From Nemertoderma westbladi (Eukaryota; Animalia; Xenacoelomorpha): a stretch of DNA of 34,639 nucleotides. Made by a program: the position numbers and the translations under genes. How positions within the stretch are numbered: the stretch's first letter is position 1; the number at the start of each line of letters is the position of its first letter. Below, piece after piece: positions 23,538-34,639 of this stretch. Location of the stretch: positions 1-34,639 of the forward strand of contig JAUCBJ010004604.1 of assembly GCA_032718475.1 (NCBI GenBank). Reading direction: 5' to 3'. The notes under the pieces are model-generated. The model saw only the letters and a list, made by a program, of their open reading frames with translations. It made no database searches and was not told where the DNA came from.

Positions 23538-24276
23538 CCGCGTCTGGAGTGGGTGTGTGACTACATTATTTTATATTTGTTTTTATTATTTTTATATTTA
23601 TGTATGTATTATTACCTAATTTTATTATTATTATCGTTTTCTTTAATTTTATTTAGTATAATGTTATTTTAGCGATTGTTTAGTAGATTAGTGCAATATA
23701 TATTCGTGTTTATTACTTAATTACTTATATTATATATTTAGTGCAACGGCGAGAAATAATTATTTTTCTCTTTCCTTACTGTCTGTATAATATTATAAAT
23801 ATGTGACTACAGTAAGATGAAATGTCCGTACTTATTAAAGTACAATAAAGCTCCTACTATACTCAAGTATTATTGGTAAGTAGAGTATTAGGAATGCAAA
23901 GTTCAGATCCTTGTGTCTCGGCTAAACCAAGCTCTGGGTAGACCTTGGAAACGACTTGCCTCTTCTCACTGACATTGCTTCTTGCAATATTGCTCTCATA
24001 CCGTATATTAAATAATACATATAGTAGCGTGATGTCCCTTTAACAGTAGCGTAAAACGCAAAATAAATCTGTTAAACCCTTTGACCATCTGCCATTCTAG
24101 TCGATTAAGATATCGCGGCACCCACCGATATACTTGAAAGACAAAATTCTAGAATCAGTGGTTAACGTCCCCAGACATGTTCTGGAATAAATCGGTGCCC
24201 ATCTTAAATATTAAATATTTAATATTTATAAAAATCTGTCAAAACAAATATAATAGAGTAAATGCTTACAAGTTAA

Positions 24277-25694
24277 CCCTATTACCACTGGGGTGTTTTG
24301 ACCATTAGCACCACTGGGGGGGGGGGGCCGATTCGGCCCACCCACTATATTTTTGTAGTCGTCCAATGAAATCCTACAAAATTTGGGCTGTTGGTGAAAC
24401 AACTATAGATGAACACTACCAAATCTTAAAAAGTTAAAATTTCATAAGCAGGGTCTCATAATTTTGATGAAAAATAAAAGTAGTCCCAGGACAAAATTAG
24501 AAAATTTTTCGTTTTCTAAAAACTAATAGTGTGGCAGTGTTGGCTAGGTTTAGTAGGTTTTTCAAGACGCTGAATCGAATGTGATTATATTCCACTTCCA
24601 AAAATTGAAGTGGATGCTATTTTTCGTGCACCTAAGAAGTGGGCGTGGCACTTCAAATTTTGAAAAATTAGATATTCAGAAAATGCCCCTAATTTTTTTA
24701 TTTCAACGCATCTTTATGGGTTTTCTGGGCCGCTGAATCGATTGAAAGTAATATAGAAGCCTGAAGACTGAGTGGTTCGCCATTTTTGGTGCACCAAAAT
24801 TAGGGCGTGGCACTTCAAATTTTGAAAAATACGAGATTCGGAAAATAAACCAAAATTGAAATTTTAACGAATTTATATAGGTTTTCCAGACCGCTGAATC
24901 GATTGAAAGTAATATAGAAGCCTGAAGACTTAGAATTTAGCCATTTTTTGAAATCAAAACTTTAGTGTTTTTTCCGAATAAATAAATTTTGAAAATTTGA
25001 AGTGCCACGCCCTAATTTTGGTGCACCGAAAATTACGTACACAAAGGATTTCAGGCTTCTATATTACTTTCAATCGATTCAGCGCTCCAGAAAACCTATA
25101 AAATTAATTTGAAATCAAAACTTTAGTGAATTTTCCGAATCTCGTTTTTTTCAAAATTTGAAGTGCCACGCCCTAATTTTGGTGCACCAAAATTGGCGAA
25201 CCACTAAGTCTTCAGGCTTCTATATTACTTTCAATCGATTCAGCGCTCCAGAAAACCTACAAAAATGCTTTGCAAATCAAAACTTTAGTGTATTTTCCGA
25301 ATCTCGTATTTTTCAAAATTTGAAGTGCCACGCCCTAATTTTGGTGCTCCAAAAATGACGTACCACTACACTTACATACTTGTATAGAGCATTAGAGTGA
25401 TCCAAACCAATAAAAATAAATAAAAATAGCCCAAACACAAATAATTACTAAATCACAAATGACTTTGTAAAATTCGAAAATTTCAAAAAATTTGGTGCTG
25501 GAGACCAAATTTTGAGGTGACACCCACATCGAAAAGTAGAAATCCAATTGCAACGGCGTTTTTTGCAAAAGATGCGGCATTAAATTTGGCTAATTCTCAC
25601 AAAAAATTGGGCCGGTACGTAATGTGGTTGCATAGTTACAGCAACTAAAAACTAGGAAGGGGCCGATTCGGCCCCCCCCCCAGTGCTAATAGGG
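24277..25694. mobile_element. Non-autonomous piggyBac-type element (TTAA TSD) with internal foldback repeats
   Basis: TTAA|CCCTATTACCACTGGGG ... CCCCAGTGCTAATAGGG|TTAA (TTAA at 24273-24276 and 25695-25698); subterminal GGGGCCGATTCGGCCC palindromes; 162-bp units in both orientations. Confidence 0.85.
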
Positions 25695-26671
25695 TTAACT
25701 CTAGAAAATCTATAAATCAAAATCTGTTAAAATTTAGATCCTTTAGAAATTATAGTTGATTAAGATATCGTAGCACTTGCCAATACTCTTAAAAGGACAA
25801 ATTTCCTAGAATTAAGGATCCCAGTCCCCAGACATGTTCTGGAATAAAATTGTGTCTATTTTAATATTAAATAATAAAATTTACGGGAATAAATTTTAAA
25901 TTCATATCCTCTCATGAATTTTATAAATTGTCATTTTATACAATTTATAACATGTCCAAAATTCCATTAATTAATAGATCATGGGAGCGGAGATTCACCC
26001 TATTAAGTATATGAGTGTGCGAGAATCTCCAATATATAGTCAATAGCCGATAAAATTCATAAAATCATGTATAAAGGGGAATATTGACAATTAAAGAATT
26101 ACTATTAAATAGCATCCCAGATCTGTATGCATGAGAATTACCCTAATTCTACTGCTAGCTTTCCATAATGTCACCATAGCAACAACCACGCTAGAATTAG
26201 AAGCGAGTTAAAAGAACAATAGAAAGCTTGCCCCATTGAATAGCATACGGAATAAATAGCACACTGCTAGTATCCAGGGATACATAATAATAACGTGGCA
26301 TTCTGGAAGACACTTGACTAACGGACAAATGGCCCGAATGTGTACAATTTGTGACAGTTGTGTGGAATTTGTGCATTTATAGGTGAATGTTACTACTAAA
26401 GTGTGTTTACAGTAGCGAGTCGCAATTGTGAAAGTAACCCTAACTCTCCAGTAAGAACCTGAAGTAAATCTAAGCCTTTGGGACGGACGGTGGAGTGACT
26501 CGCGCTGGTTGTTGTTGTCATTGTGTAGCTACTACGTTGGCGAGAGACACAGCAGCGACAGTACATCAGCACTGAGGATCTTGCGCTGTCCGGGGGCATT
26601 GAGGGGGAGGCAGCAACGACCGCTAGCTTAATTATGATTAATTATAATATCGATAAACTCATATAGCAGCT

Positions 26672-28713
26672 ATGACTGAGTTGATAGAAGATGATCTTGG
26701 TATCAGGGAGCGATATACCCTACCATTGCAAGCATTTGTTGATAGTTTAATAAGCGGCGACGCTAGTCAACCTACTACGGAGAACGATGGCCGTTATATC
26801 GAACCGCCAATGTCAAAGGAACAGCTCATGTGTGAATTGGACTATAGAAAATTCACCGCTCGCTATACGCATCGTAAGAGTACGTATATGGACTTCTTAA
26901 CCACTGGTCATCCTATCGATTTACACGATACGGACGATGTAGACACCGAAAGGGAAATGATCCTATTTAAATATCATACCCAGCAGAGTCGGAACAAAAA
27001 ACTGAAAATCGAACACGAAAAATTCTATTCGAAATCGACTCGAAAGAGAGGATGTTAAAGAACCGGATAAACACAGTCACTTCAACGTATATTTGGAATT
27101 CTTGAGAGAAACATTGTAAAACTGGAGAACGATCACCCGCGTTTCGCCTACAAGATGTGCGTCTTTGGTATTATTGCGATGAATGCCCTAGACCCAACCA
27201 ACAAACGGAAAGACATAAACATCCGTGGAGACGTTGCGCTAAACACAGTTTTACTCGCTATACTTACGGAAGTTTCGAGCGAAACTTGTTCGACGTACGT
27301 ATCACCTACGCTCGCTCGACTCAAACGATCCTTAAATAAACCGATGATCAGAGTTCCAGAATACTCGGTCAGACCTCCTCATTCCCTGGTGAGACCTCAG
27401 ACTCTTGATCCTAATAGTATGACGGATCCTCCTGAACTGTACTCATTGTTCAAAGATCTAGTGTTACCCGAACAATTAGTCGGTGACACTCCGGTTGTGA
27501 GCTCCCTAGATATTCGCCATCCTACCTAGCCGGATTGGGATGCGGACATTTAATATCGCTGTTCAACCCGTATAATCGTCCTGGTTTAACCCCGATACAA
27601 CCTGTCACCGAGGTGGAGGAGAGAGTTGAACAAAACGCGTTAGACACTATTCGACAAAGGATTGGAAAAGGAACCTACGATTATTTAGAGAAACGTAAAT
27701 TGCAGCAGCAAGTCCCTGCGGTAAACAAATTAGTTTTATCTCAGTTCGATCGGGAAATCCAGAATCTCTAAGAAGATATCGAACTTGGACGACCCTACTC
27801 TCTGCAAGAGTTCTGGACGCATGCTTCCAATGACAAGCGGAGGAAAATCAGCTCGAGGAGAAACACATCGAAATGGATGAGAGAGAAGAAGCAGCTTTAG
27901 CCCAACCAGAAGCTCAAATCCTTATGACTGATCTCTATTCCAAAACCATCATTCATCCCTCGATGGTTCCCCATTTCGGAGACAAACTCTTCGCTACGGT
28001 ACAGCCCCAACCGGTTGATATCATCCTAAGATCTCGAGATCTTATCGCTGACGCTCCTATGTTACAGCGTCCGCCAATCGAGGCCACTCGTGTTGACGGT
28101 ATACTCGTTGAACCTCCGGACAATTGAGTGGATCTTGTCCATTGTATGGTACATGAGGTCAACCTACGCGCTAGACCTTTACCGAACTCATTTTATGGGA
28201 TCAAAGACCACCCCTATTATGTAAATTTAACTCAATATTATATGGTGAAACCAGAAGATCCTACATACAGTTTAAAGTTTCTACCATTGATAAATCCCAT
28301 AGTGATTTGTTCATAAACTTGCATCCAGAGTTAAAGAAATTCATAGACAACCATATGAATATAGAGCCCGAGAACGCGAGTTAGAAAGAACCATCAAACC
28401 GAGGAAATTTCTCACTACTCATGGTCCACCTACCGCTCTCGTGCAGACGACTCGTCAGGAACCCGTAATAGCTGCTGTCTTGAAACGTGCTCTGAAGGTT
28501 GCTCGACCTCGCTCCACTGAGGTTGATAACGATCAACCGGGTACCTCGACCGGCGGATACACCGACCGTAACCCTAAACCTTCCGATGCAATTGTATTGC
28601 ACCTTTCACCCAGGAGTTATAGCCCTCCTAGTAAAGTGGCTCGCCCCAAAGAGAAAAGGACTCTTGCTAGCCTCAAAAAACTGTGTAAACGCCGTTTGCG
28701 TAAGAAGGACTAA
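26672..28713 (+). pseudogene. Decayed extra ORF (~680 codons) of unknown function in the BEL 3' region
   Basis: Six abutting same-strand ORF pieces (26672, 27155, 27535, 27873, 28128, 28441) joined by few stops/frameshifts; higher GC than flanks; ends KKLCKRRLRKKD* 56 bp before the 3' LTR. Confidence 0.7.
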
Positions 28714-28760
28714 CTGTTTAGAGTATTTTTATATTTTTTAAATTTTATAGAATTAATTTC

Positions 28761-28769
28761 TGGGAGCAG
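28761..28769 (+). promoter_or_regulatory. Short polypurine-tract-like site
   Basis: TGGGAGCAG directly abuts the TGT of the 3' LTR, consistent with + orientation. Confidence 0.5.
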
Positions 28770-29917
28770 TGTAAAAGCTTTTGCGGACATAACAAGCCAA
28801 TTTCTCCGCAATGTACCGTGTAGGTGCTTTAGTGGGCATAACAAGCCATTTTCTCCGCAATGTGCCGTGTAGGTGCTTTAGCGGACATAACAAGCCATTT
28901 TCTGCCGCAATGCGCCTAATACTCTAAAAGACTGGAACTCAGATGACGAAATCTGTCAGCTGATTTATTGTAAACGTGGAACCTCTCTTTGTTCGGCTCA
29001 ACCAATCAGAGCGATTTTCATTTTATGTTGGACAAGGGCCTATGTAAAACCGCGCAATGCATTACGGTCTTTGTTTACCTTTCTGAGCGAGAGAACTGCT
29101 TGGAAATCTTCTGCTACTTCGGTTGTGGAAGTTTCAGACTTTGCCTAAAGATCTGATGGCTTTGATTACGGAACATAAATCTATTATCTGTGCAACTCAT
29201 ACCTGAATAACACATATTAAACTGACTTTTCACCGCATTATTTACTTCTGCTTACTGTCTGTTATTAATTGTTGTATATTGTTGGATATGTTGTTATATT
29301 TGGAGAATACCGATAAATAATCATAAAACCCCCAATCTTCTTGATTACTGAAGGTAAGAGGGACCGGTTACCTGTAGCAATTGCGACTTACATTATAGTG
29401 GTTTTTGTGTGAATTAAATGCTATTTCATAATCCCTACATGTGTCAGTTGCTATCCTCCTTATATATGATCAAATTCAGTGACGGTCAGCAGATCAGTGT
29501 GAAGTATTGTGAAGTCGTGTGCAGTAGGGTGACAGATAATAAAGCATCTCCTAAAGAATGCGCTATTTACAAAACTAATTAGCCATCTAGTTGTGATTAG
29601 TATAAGTCATAACTCTGTTTTTATACTTAAAGCACCACGTCCTAAAGGAACTGTTAATATTTCCCCGAAAGTAAATATATTTGTCAGAGATTATATAGTA
29701 ACGATCAATCGAATAATACAGTAGGTCTACAACGCAATAACGTCAAAGCACCCGAATCCAGTCTCCCTTAACCGTGGGTGAATGATCGCGCACAGACTGG
29801 CTTCGGCAGATATAACTTCAGTACATAAAATAATTGGTCTAGGCTAAAGTCGATTTATAAACAAGAAGACAACTAAATTTGGCAGGTTAAACTGCTAAAG
29901 GTCTAAAAGCGTGAACA
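28770..29917 (+). repeat. 3' LTR (1148 bp)
   Basis: TGTAAAAGCTTTTG...AAAAGCGTGAACA followed by the TSD GCTGG. Confidence 0.95.
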
Positions 29918-29922
29918 GCTGG

Positions 29923-29980
29923 AGATGATCCATTCGAGCACCTTCTTTCTGGAATTCGTGCGTCTTATCCACTGAACTAA
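29923..29980 (+). pseudogene. Merlin transposase remnant, C-terminal end
   Basis: Continues 4397 in frame: KMAG-DDPFEHLLSGIRASYPLN*. Confidence 0.88.
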
Positions 29981-31310
29981 ATTAATTTCTAATCAATAGT
30001 TCTAATCAAATGTTATTGTTTATTTTATTAATAAATGCTAGCTACCATAAATTCTAGAATATAAATGAGTTCAATATCAAAATTTTCATTCATGAATAGT
30101 CTTAAAATGTAAAAAAAATTACTTGCAATTTTTTTGAAAATATGCCCCCGTTTCCGAAAAAAGAGCCGTATTTGGGGGGGTGACGATCCAGACTTCGTCT
30201 CAACCTTGCAGCGTTAGGGGGTAGAATTAGGGTTTATTTAGGAGGCCTATGTGTGGCTTTGGGAGGCCTTTGCTTCTTACATTGATATACTAACGTACTA
30301 GTATACTAGTATATTAGCACACTAGCAGACTGGTATTCTAGCGCTCTAGTCGACACTAGCTGACTGGCGCTTCTAGCAATATCTGGCATACTACTCTACT
30401 AGCTTTATTACTATGCTATTTTATGTTGTGTTGCTAAAGAGTGCCGGATTCTTGAACGTGAATGCTTAGATAGGCGCTGTTTTCTTGATTGTTTTCCATT
30501 TCTTAGTTTATGCTTATTAATTGCTGATTAGGACAAAATAATACAGTATTTGGGCTGTTGCTAGTATAACCCAGTACATAATAAATTTGAAGTACGTATT
30601 CTGGAATACTTAGTAATTAGTACGCAAATTCGTATTTATGACACTATAGTTAATTTAGCAATGTTAGAATAAAATAAAAATAAAAAATTTGTACGCGGCA
30701 TAGCAGAGAGTAGTTTGGGTAATTATTTTAGAATACCGTAGACTATTCAACGCTAGGCGGTTATTTTAAAATAGCGGGGCAACGGGCTGACAGCAGTATC
30801 TAGTATACAGTAGTAATTCGCTGGTCTAAAGCCAGCCAAAGGCCAAGTTTTGACATTAAGAAAATAAACAGATTTATCCCGTTATATTATTAAAATATTC
30901 TCACATTCGACATATTTCGCCCTATAAATTCCAGTGTTTTTGTGATAGGTGAAAGCCGAGTGTTAGACCACCCGCACTCATTTTAAGTAGTCTAGGGAGC
31001 CATTTTAGATTTATTGTTTTGGTTATCGCTGTGTGTGGCTTATAGATTCGAACAGTTAGCTCTCTGTTGAGAAATCGGCAGAGAAAGGAGCGAGTGATTG
31101 TCAGAGCCGCATAGTCAGTAATAGTAACATATATAGCAGACAGTTCTGGAAATTCTGCTTGTGTTCAACAGAAGAGATTGCGTTGGACCAAGTTGGAGCG
31201 CTTAACATTATATTTATAACACATGGAGAGAAACTACTCACGAGACATTAGGATAAATTATTCATACAATTATAGAAGGGGTTATATGTACGAATATAGG
31301 TGAGATCATC

Positions 31311-34300
31311 AGAGTAGAGATAGTAGAGTAGAGTAGATAGGGAGTAGAGAGTAAAGAGTAGAGAGTAGAGAGTATAGAGTAGAGAGTAGAGAGTAGAGAG
31401 TAGAGAGTAGAGAGTAGAGAGTAGAGAGTAGAGAGTAGAGAGTAGAGAGTAGAGAGTAGAGAGTAGAGAGTAGAGAGTAGAGAGTAGAGAGTAGAGAGTA
31501 GAGAGTAGAGAGTAGAGAGTAGAGAGTAGAGAGTAGAGAGTAGAGAGTAGAGAGTAGAGAGTAGAGAGTAGAGAGTAGAGAGTAGAGAGTAGAGAGTAGA
31601 GAGTAGAGAGTAGAGAGTAGAGAGTAGAGAGTAGAGAGTAGAGAGTAGAGAGTAGAGAGTAGAGAGTAGAGAGTAGAGAGTAGAGAGTAGAGAGTAGAGA
31701 GTAGAGAGTAGAGAGTAGAGAGTAGAGAGTAGAGAGTAGAGAGTAGAGAGTAGAGAGTAGAGAGTAGAGAGTAGAGAGTAGAGAGTAGAGAGTAGAGAGT
31801 AGAGAGTAGAGAGTAGAGAGTAGAGAGTAGAGAGTAGAGAGTAGAGAGTAGAGAGTAGAGAGTAGAGAGTAGAGAGTAGAGAGTAGAGAGTAGAGAGTAG
31901 AGAGTAGAGAGTAGAGAGTAGAGAGTAGAGAGTAGAGAGTAGAGAGTAGAGAGTAGAGAGTAGAGAGTAGAGAGTAGAGAGTAGAGAGTAGAGAGTAGAG
32001 AGTAGAGAGTAGAGAGTAGAGAGTAGAGAGTAGAGAGTAGAGAGTAGAGAGTAGAGAGTAGAGAGTAGAGAGTAGAGAGTAGAGAGTAGAGAGTAGAGAG
32101 TAGAGAGTAGAGAGTAGAGAGTAGAGAGTAGAGAGTAGAGAGTAGAGAGTAGAGAGTAGAGAGTAGAGAGTAGAGAGTAGAGAGTAGAGAGTAGAGAGTA
32201 GAGAGTAGAGAGTAGAGAGTAGAGAGTAGAGAGTAGAGAGTAGAGAGTAGAGAGTAGAGAGTAGAGAGTAGAGAGTAGAGAGTAGAGAGTAGAGAGTAGA
32301 GAGTAGAGAGTAGAGAGTAGAGAGTAGAGAGTAGAGAGTAGAGAGTAGAGAGTAGAGAGTAGAGAGTAGAGAGTAGAGAGTAGAGAGTAGAGAGTAGAGA
32401 GTAGAGAGTAGAGAGTAGAGAGTAGAGAGTAGAGAGTAGAGAGTAGAGAGTAGAGAGTAGAGAGTAGAGAGTAGAGAGTAGAGAGTAGAGAGTAGAGAGT
32501 AGAGAGTAGAGAGTAGAGAGTAGAGAGTAGAGAGTAGAGAGTAGAGAGTAGAGAGTAGAGAGTAGAGAGTAGAGAGTAGAGAGTAGAGAGTAGAGAGTAG
32601 AGAGTAGAGAGTAGAGAGTAGAGAGTAGAGAGTAGAGAGTAGAGAGTAGAGAGTAGAGAGTAGAGAGTAGAGAGTAGAGAGTAGAGAGTAGAGAGTAGAG
32701 AGTAGAGAGTAGAGAGTAGAGAGTAGAGAGTAGAGAGTAGAGAGTAGAGAGTAGAGAGTAGAGAGTAGAGAGTAGAGAGTAGAGAGTAGAGAGTAGAGAG
32801 TAGAGAGTAGAGAGTAGAGAGTAGAGAGTAGAGAGTAGAGAGTAGAGAGTAGAGAGTAGAGAGTAGAGAGTAGAGAGTAGAGAGTAGAGAGTAGAGAGTA
32901 GAGAGTAGAGAGTAGAGAGTAGAGAGTAGAGAGTAGAGAGTAGAGAGTAGAGAGTAGAGAGTAGAGAGTAGAGAGTAGAGAGTAGAGAGTAGAGAGTAGA
33001 GAGTAGAGAGTAGAGAGTAGAGAGTAGAGAGTAGAGAGTAGAGAGTAGAGAGTAGAGAGTAGAGAGTAGAGAGTAGAGAGTAGAGAGTAGAGAGTAGAGA
33101 GTAGAGAGTAGAGAGTAGAGAGTAGAGAGTAGAGAGTAGAGAGTAGAGAGTAGAGAGTAGAGAGTAGAGAGTAGAGAGTAGAGAGTAGAGAGTAGAGAGT
33201 AGAGAGTAGAGAGTAGAGAGTAGAGAGTAGAGAGTAGAGAGTAGAGAGTAGAGAGTAGAGAGTAGAGAGTAGAGAGTAGAGAGTAGAGAGTAGAGAGTAG
33301 AGAGTAGAGAGTAGAGAGTAGAGAGTAGAGAGTAGAGAGTAGAGAGTAGAGAGTAGAGAGTATAGACTAGAGAGTATAGACTAGAGAGTAGAGAGTAGAG
33401 AGTAGAGTAGCTAGAGAGTAGATAGTAGAGAGTAGAGAGTAGAGAGTGGAGAGTGTAGAGTGGAGAGTGTAGAGTTGAGAGTGGAGAGTAGAGAGTAGAG
33501 AGTAGAGAGTAGAGAGTAGAGAGTAGAGAGTAGAGAGTAGAGAGTAGAGAGTAGAGAGTAGAGAGTAGAGAGTAGAGAGTAGAGAGTAGAGAGTAGAGAG
33601 TAGAGAGTAGAGAGTAGAGAGTAGAGAGTAGAGAGTAGAGAGTAGAGAGTAGAGAGTAGAGAGTAGAGAGTAGAGAGTAGAGAGTAGAGAGTAGAGAGTA
33701 GAGAGTAGAGAGTAGAGAGTAGAGAGTAGAGAGTAGAGGTAGAGTAGAGAGTAGAGAGTAGAGAGTAGAGAGTAGAGAGTAGAGAGTAGAGAGTAGAGAG
33801 TAGAGAGTAGAGAGTAGAGAGTAGAGAGTAGAGAGTAGAGAGTAGAGAGTAGAGAGTAGAGAGTAGAGAGTAGAGAGTAGAGAGTAGAGAGTAGAGAGTA
33901 GAGAGTAGAGAGTAGAGAGTAGAGAGTAGAGAGTAGAGAGTAGAGAGTAGAGAGTAGAGAGTAGAGAGTAGAGAGTAGAGAGTAGAGAGTAGAGAGTAGA
34001 GAGTAGAGAGTAGAGAGTAGAGAGTAGAGAGTAGAGAGTAGAGAGTAGAGAGTAGAGAGTAGAGAGTAGAGAGTAGAGAGTAGAGAGTAGAGAGTAGAGA
34101 GTAGAGAGTAGAGAGTAGAGAGTAGAGAGTAGAGAGTAGAGAGTAGAGAGTAGAGAGTAGAGAGTAGAGAGTAGAGAGTAGAGAGTAGAGAGTAGAGAGT
34201 AGAGAGTAGAGAGTAGAGAGTAGAGAGTAGAGAGTAGAGAGTAGAGAGTAGAGAGTAGAGAGTAGAGAGTAGAGAGTAGAGAGTAGAGAGTAGAGAGTAG

Positions 34301-34639
34301 AGAGTAGAGAGTAGAGAGTAGAGAGTAGAGAGTAGAGAGTAGAGAGTAGAGAGTAGAGAGTAGAGAGTAGAGAGTAGAGAGTAGAGAGTAGAGAGTAGAG
34401 AGTAGAGAGTAGAGAGTAGAGAGTAGAGAGTAGAGAGTAGAGAGTAGAGAGTAGAGAGTAGAGAGTAGAGAGTAGAGAGTAGAGAGTAGAGAGTAGAGAG
34501 TAGAGAGTAGAGAGTAGAGAGTAGAGAGTAGAGAGTAGAGAGTAGAGAGTAGAGAGTAGAGAGTAGAGAGTAGAGAGTAGAGAGTAGAGAGTAGAGAGTA
34601 GAGAGTAGAGAGTAGAGAGTAGAGAGTAGAGAGTAGAGA
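31311..34639 (+). repeat. (AGAGAGT)n heptamer satellite, >3.3 kb, open at window end
   Basis: Near-perfect from ~31379; variant patches at ~33360-33490 and ~33738. Confidence 0.99.

Larger units (their letters stand above)
4398..29917 (+). mobile_element. Large BEL/Pao LTR retrotransposon (25.5 kb with nested inserts; ~14.25 kb native)
   Basis: TGT...ACA LTRs of identical length (1148 bp); 5-bp TSD GCTGG at 4393-4397 and 29918-29922; internal gag-PR-RT-RH-IN order with BEL-type motifs. Confidence 0.93.
4013..30167 (+). mobile_element. Internally deleted Merlin (IS1016/ISXO2-like) DNA transposon, ~630 bp, split by the 25.5-kb LTR element
   Basis: Imperfect ~60-bp TIRs: GGCACTTTTTCGGAAACGGGGGCATATTTTC at 4013 and GAAAATATGCCCCCGTTTCCGAAAAAAGAGCC ending 30167. 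8-bp TSD GTATTTGG at 4005-4012 and 30168-30175. Transposase remnant inside. Confidence 0.92.

Noticed and set aside
30176-31310. CTAG/ACTAGT-rich patch and possible further element ends
   Set aside because: No TIR, TSD, ORF or exon that I could support.

Overview
Eukaryotic (animal, probably marine invertebrate) genomic DNA, almost entirely transposon-derived. The only host-gene sequence I can support is one 122-nt exon (250-371, +) of a receptor guanylyl cyclase kinase-homology domain; the rest is probably intron. The main structure is a nested insertion series, each level defined by its own target-site duplication (TSD). An internally deleted Merlin DNA transposon (4013-30167, 8-bp TSD GTATTTGG) is split inside its transposase by a BEL/Pao LTR retrotransposon (4398-29917; two 1148-bp LTRs, 5-bp TSD GCTGG). 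That element carries four inserts: (i) a truncated, opposite-strand BEL/Pao element bracketed by a 9-bp direct repeat, (ii) a ~340-bp LINE 3' end, (iii) an RTE-type LINE with a 225-bp TSD, and (iv) a TTAA/piggyBac-type foldback MITE. With these removed the BEL element is ~14.25 kb and has a decayed ~680-codon extra ORF of unknown function between integrase and the 3' LTR. Neither BEL element shows a tRNA primer-binding site; both instead show a short complement between the post-LTR sequence and the LTR interior. Outside the nest are an RTE 3' end, a CRE-like LINE fragment and a solo LTR. A >3.3-kb (AGAGAGT)n array runs off the window end. Family calls come from motif recognition by eye; no database searches were run.
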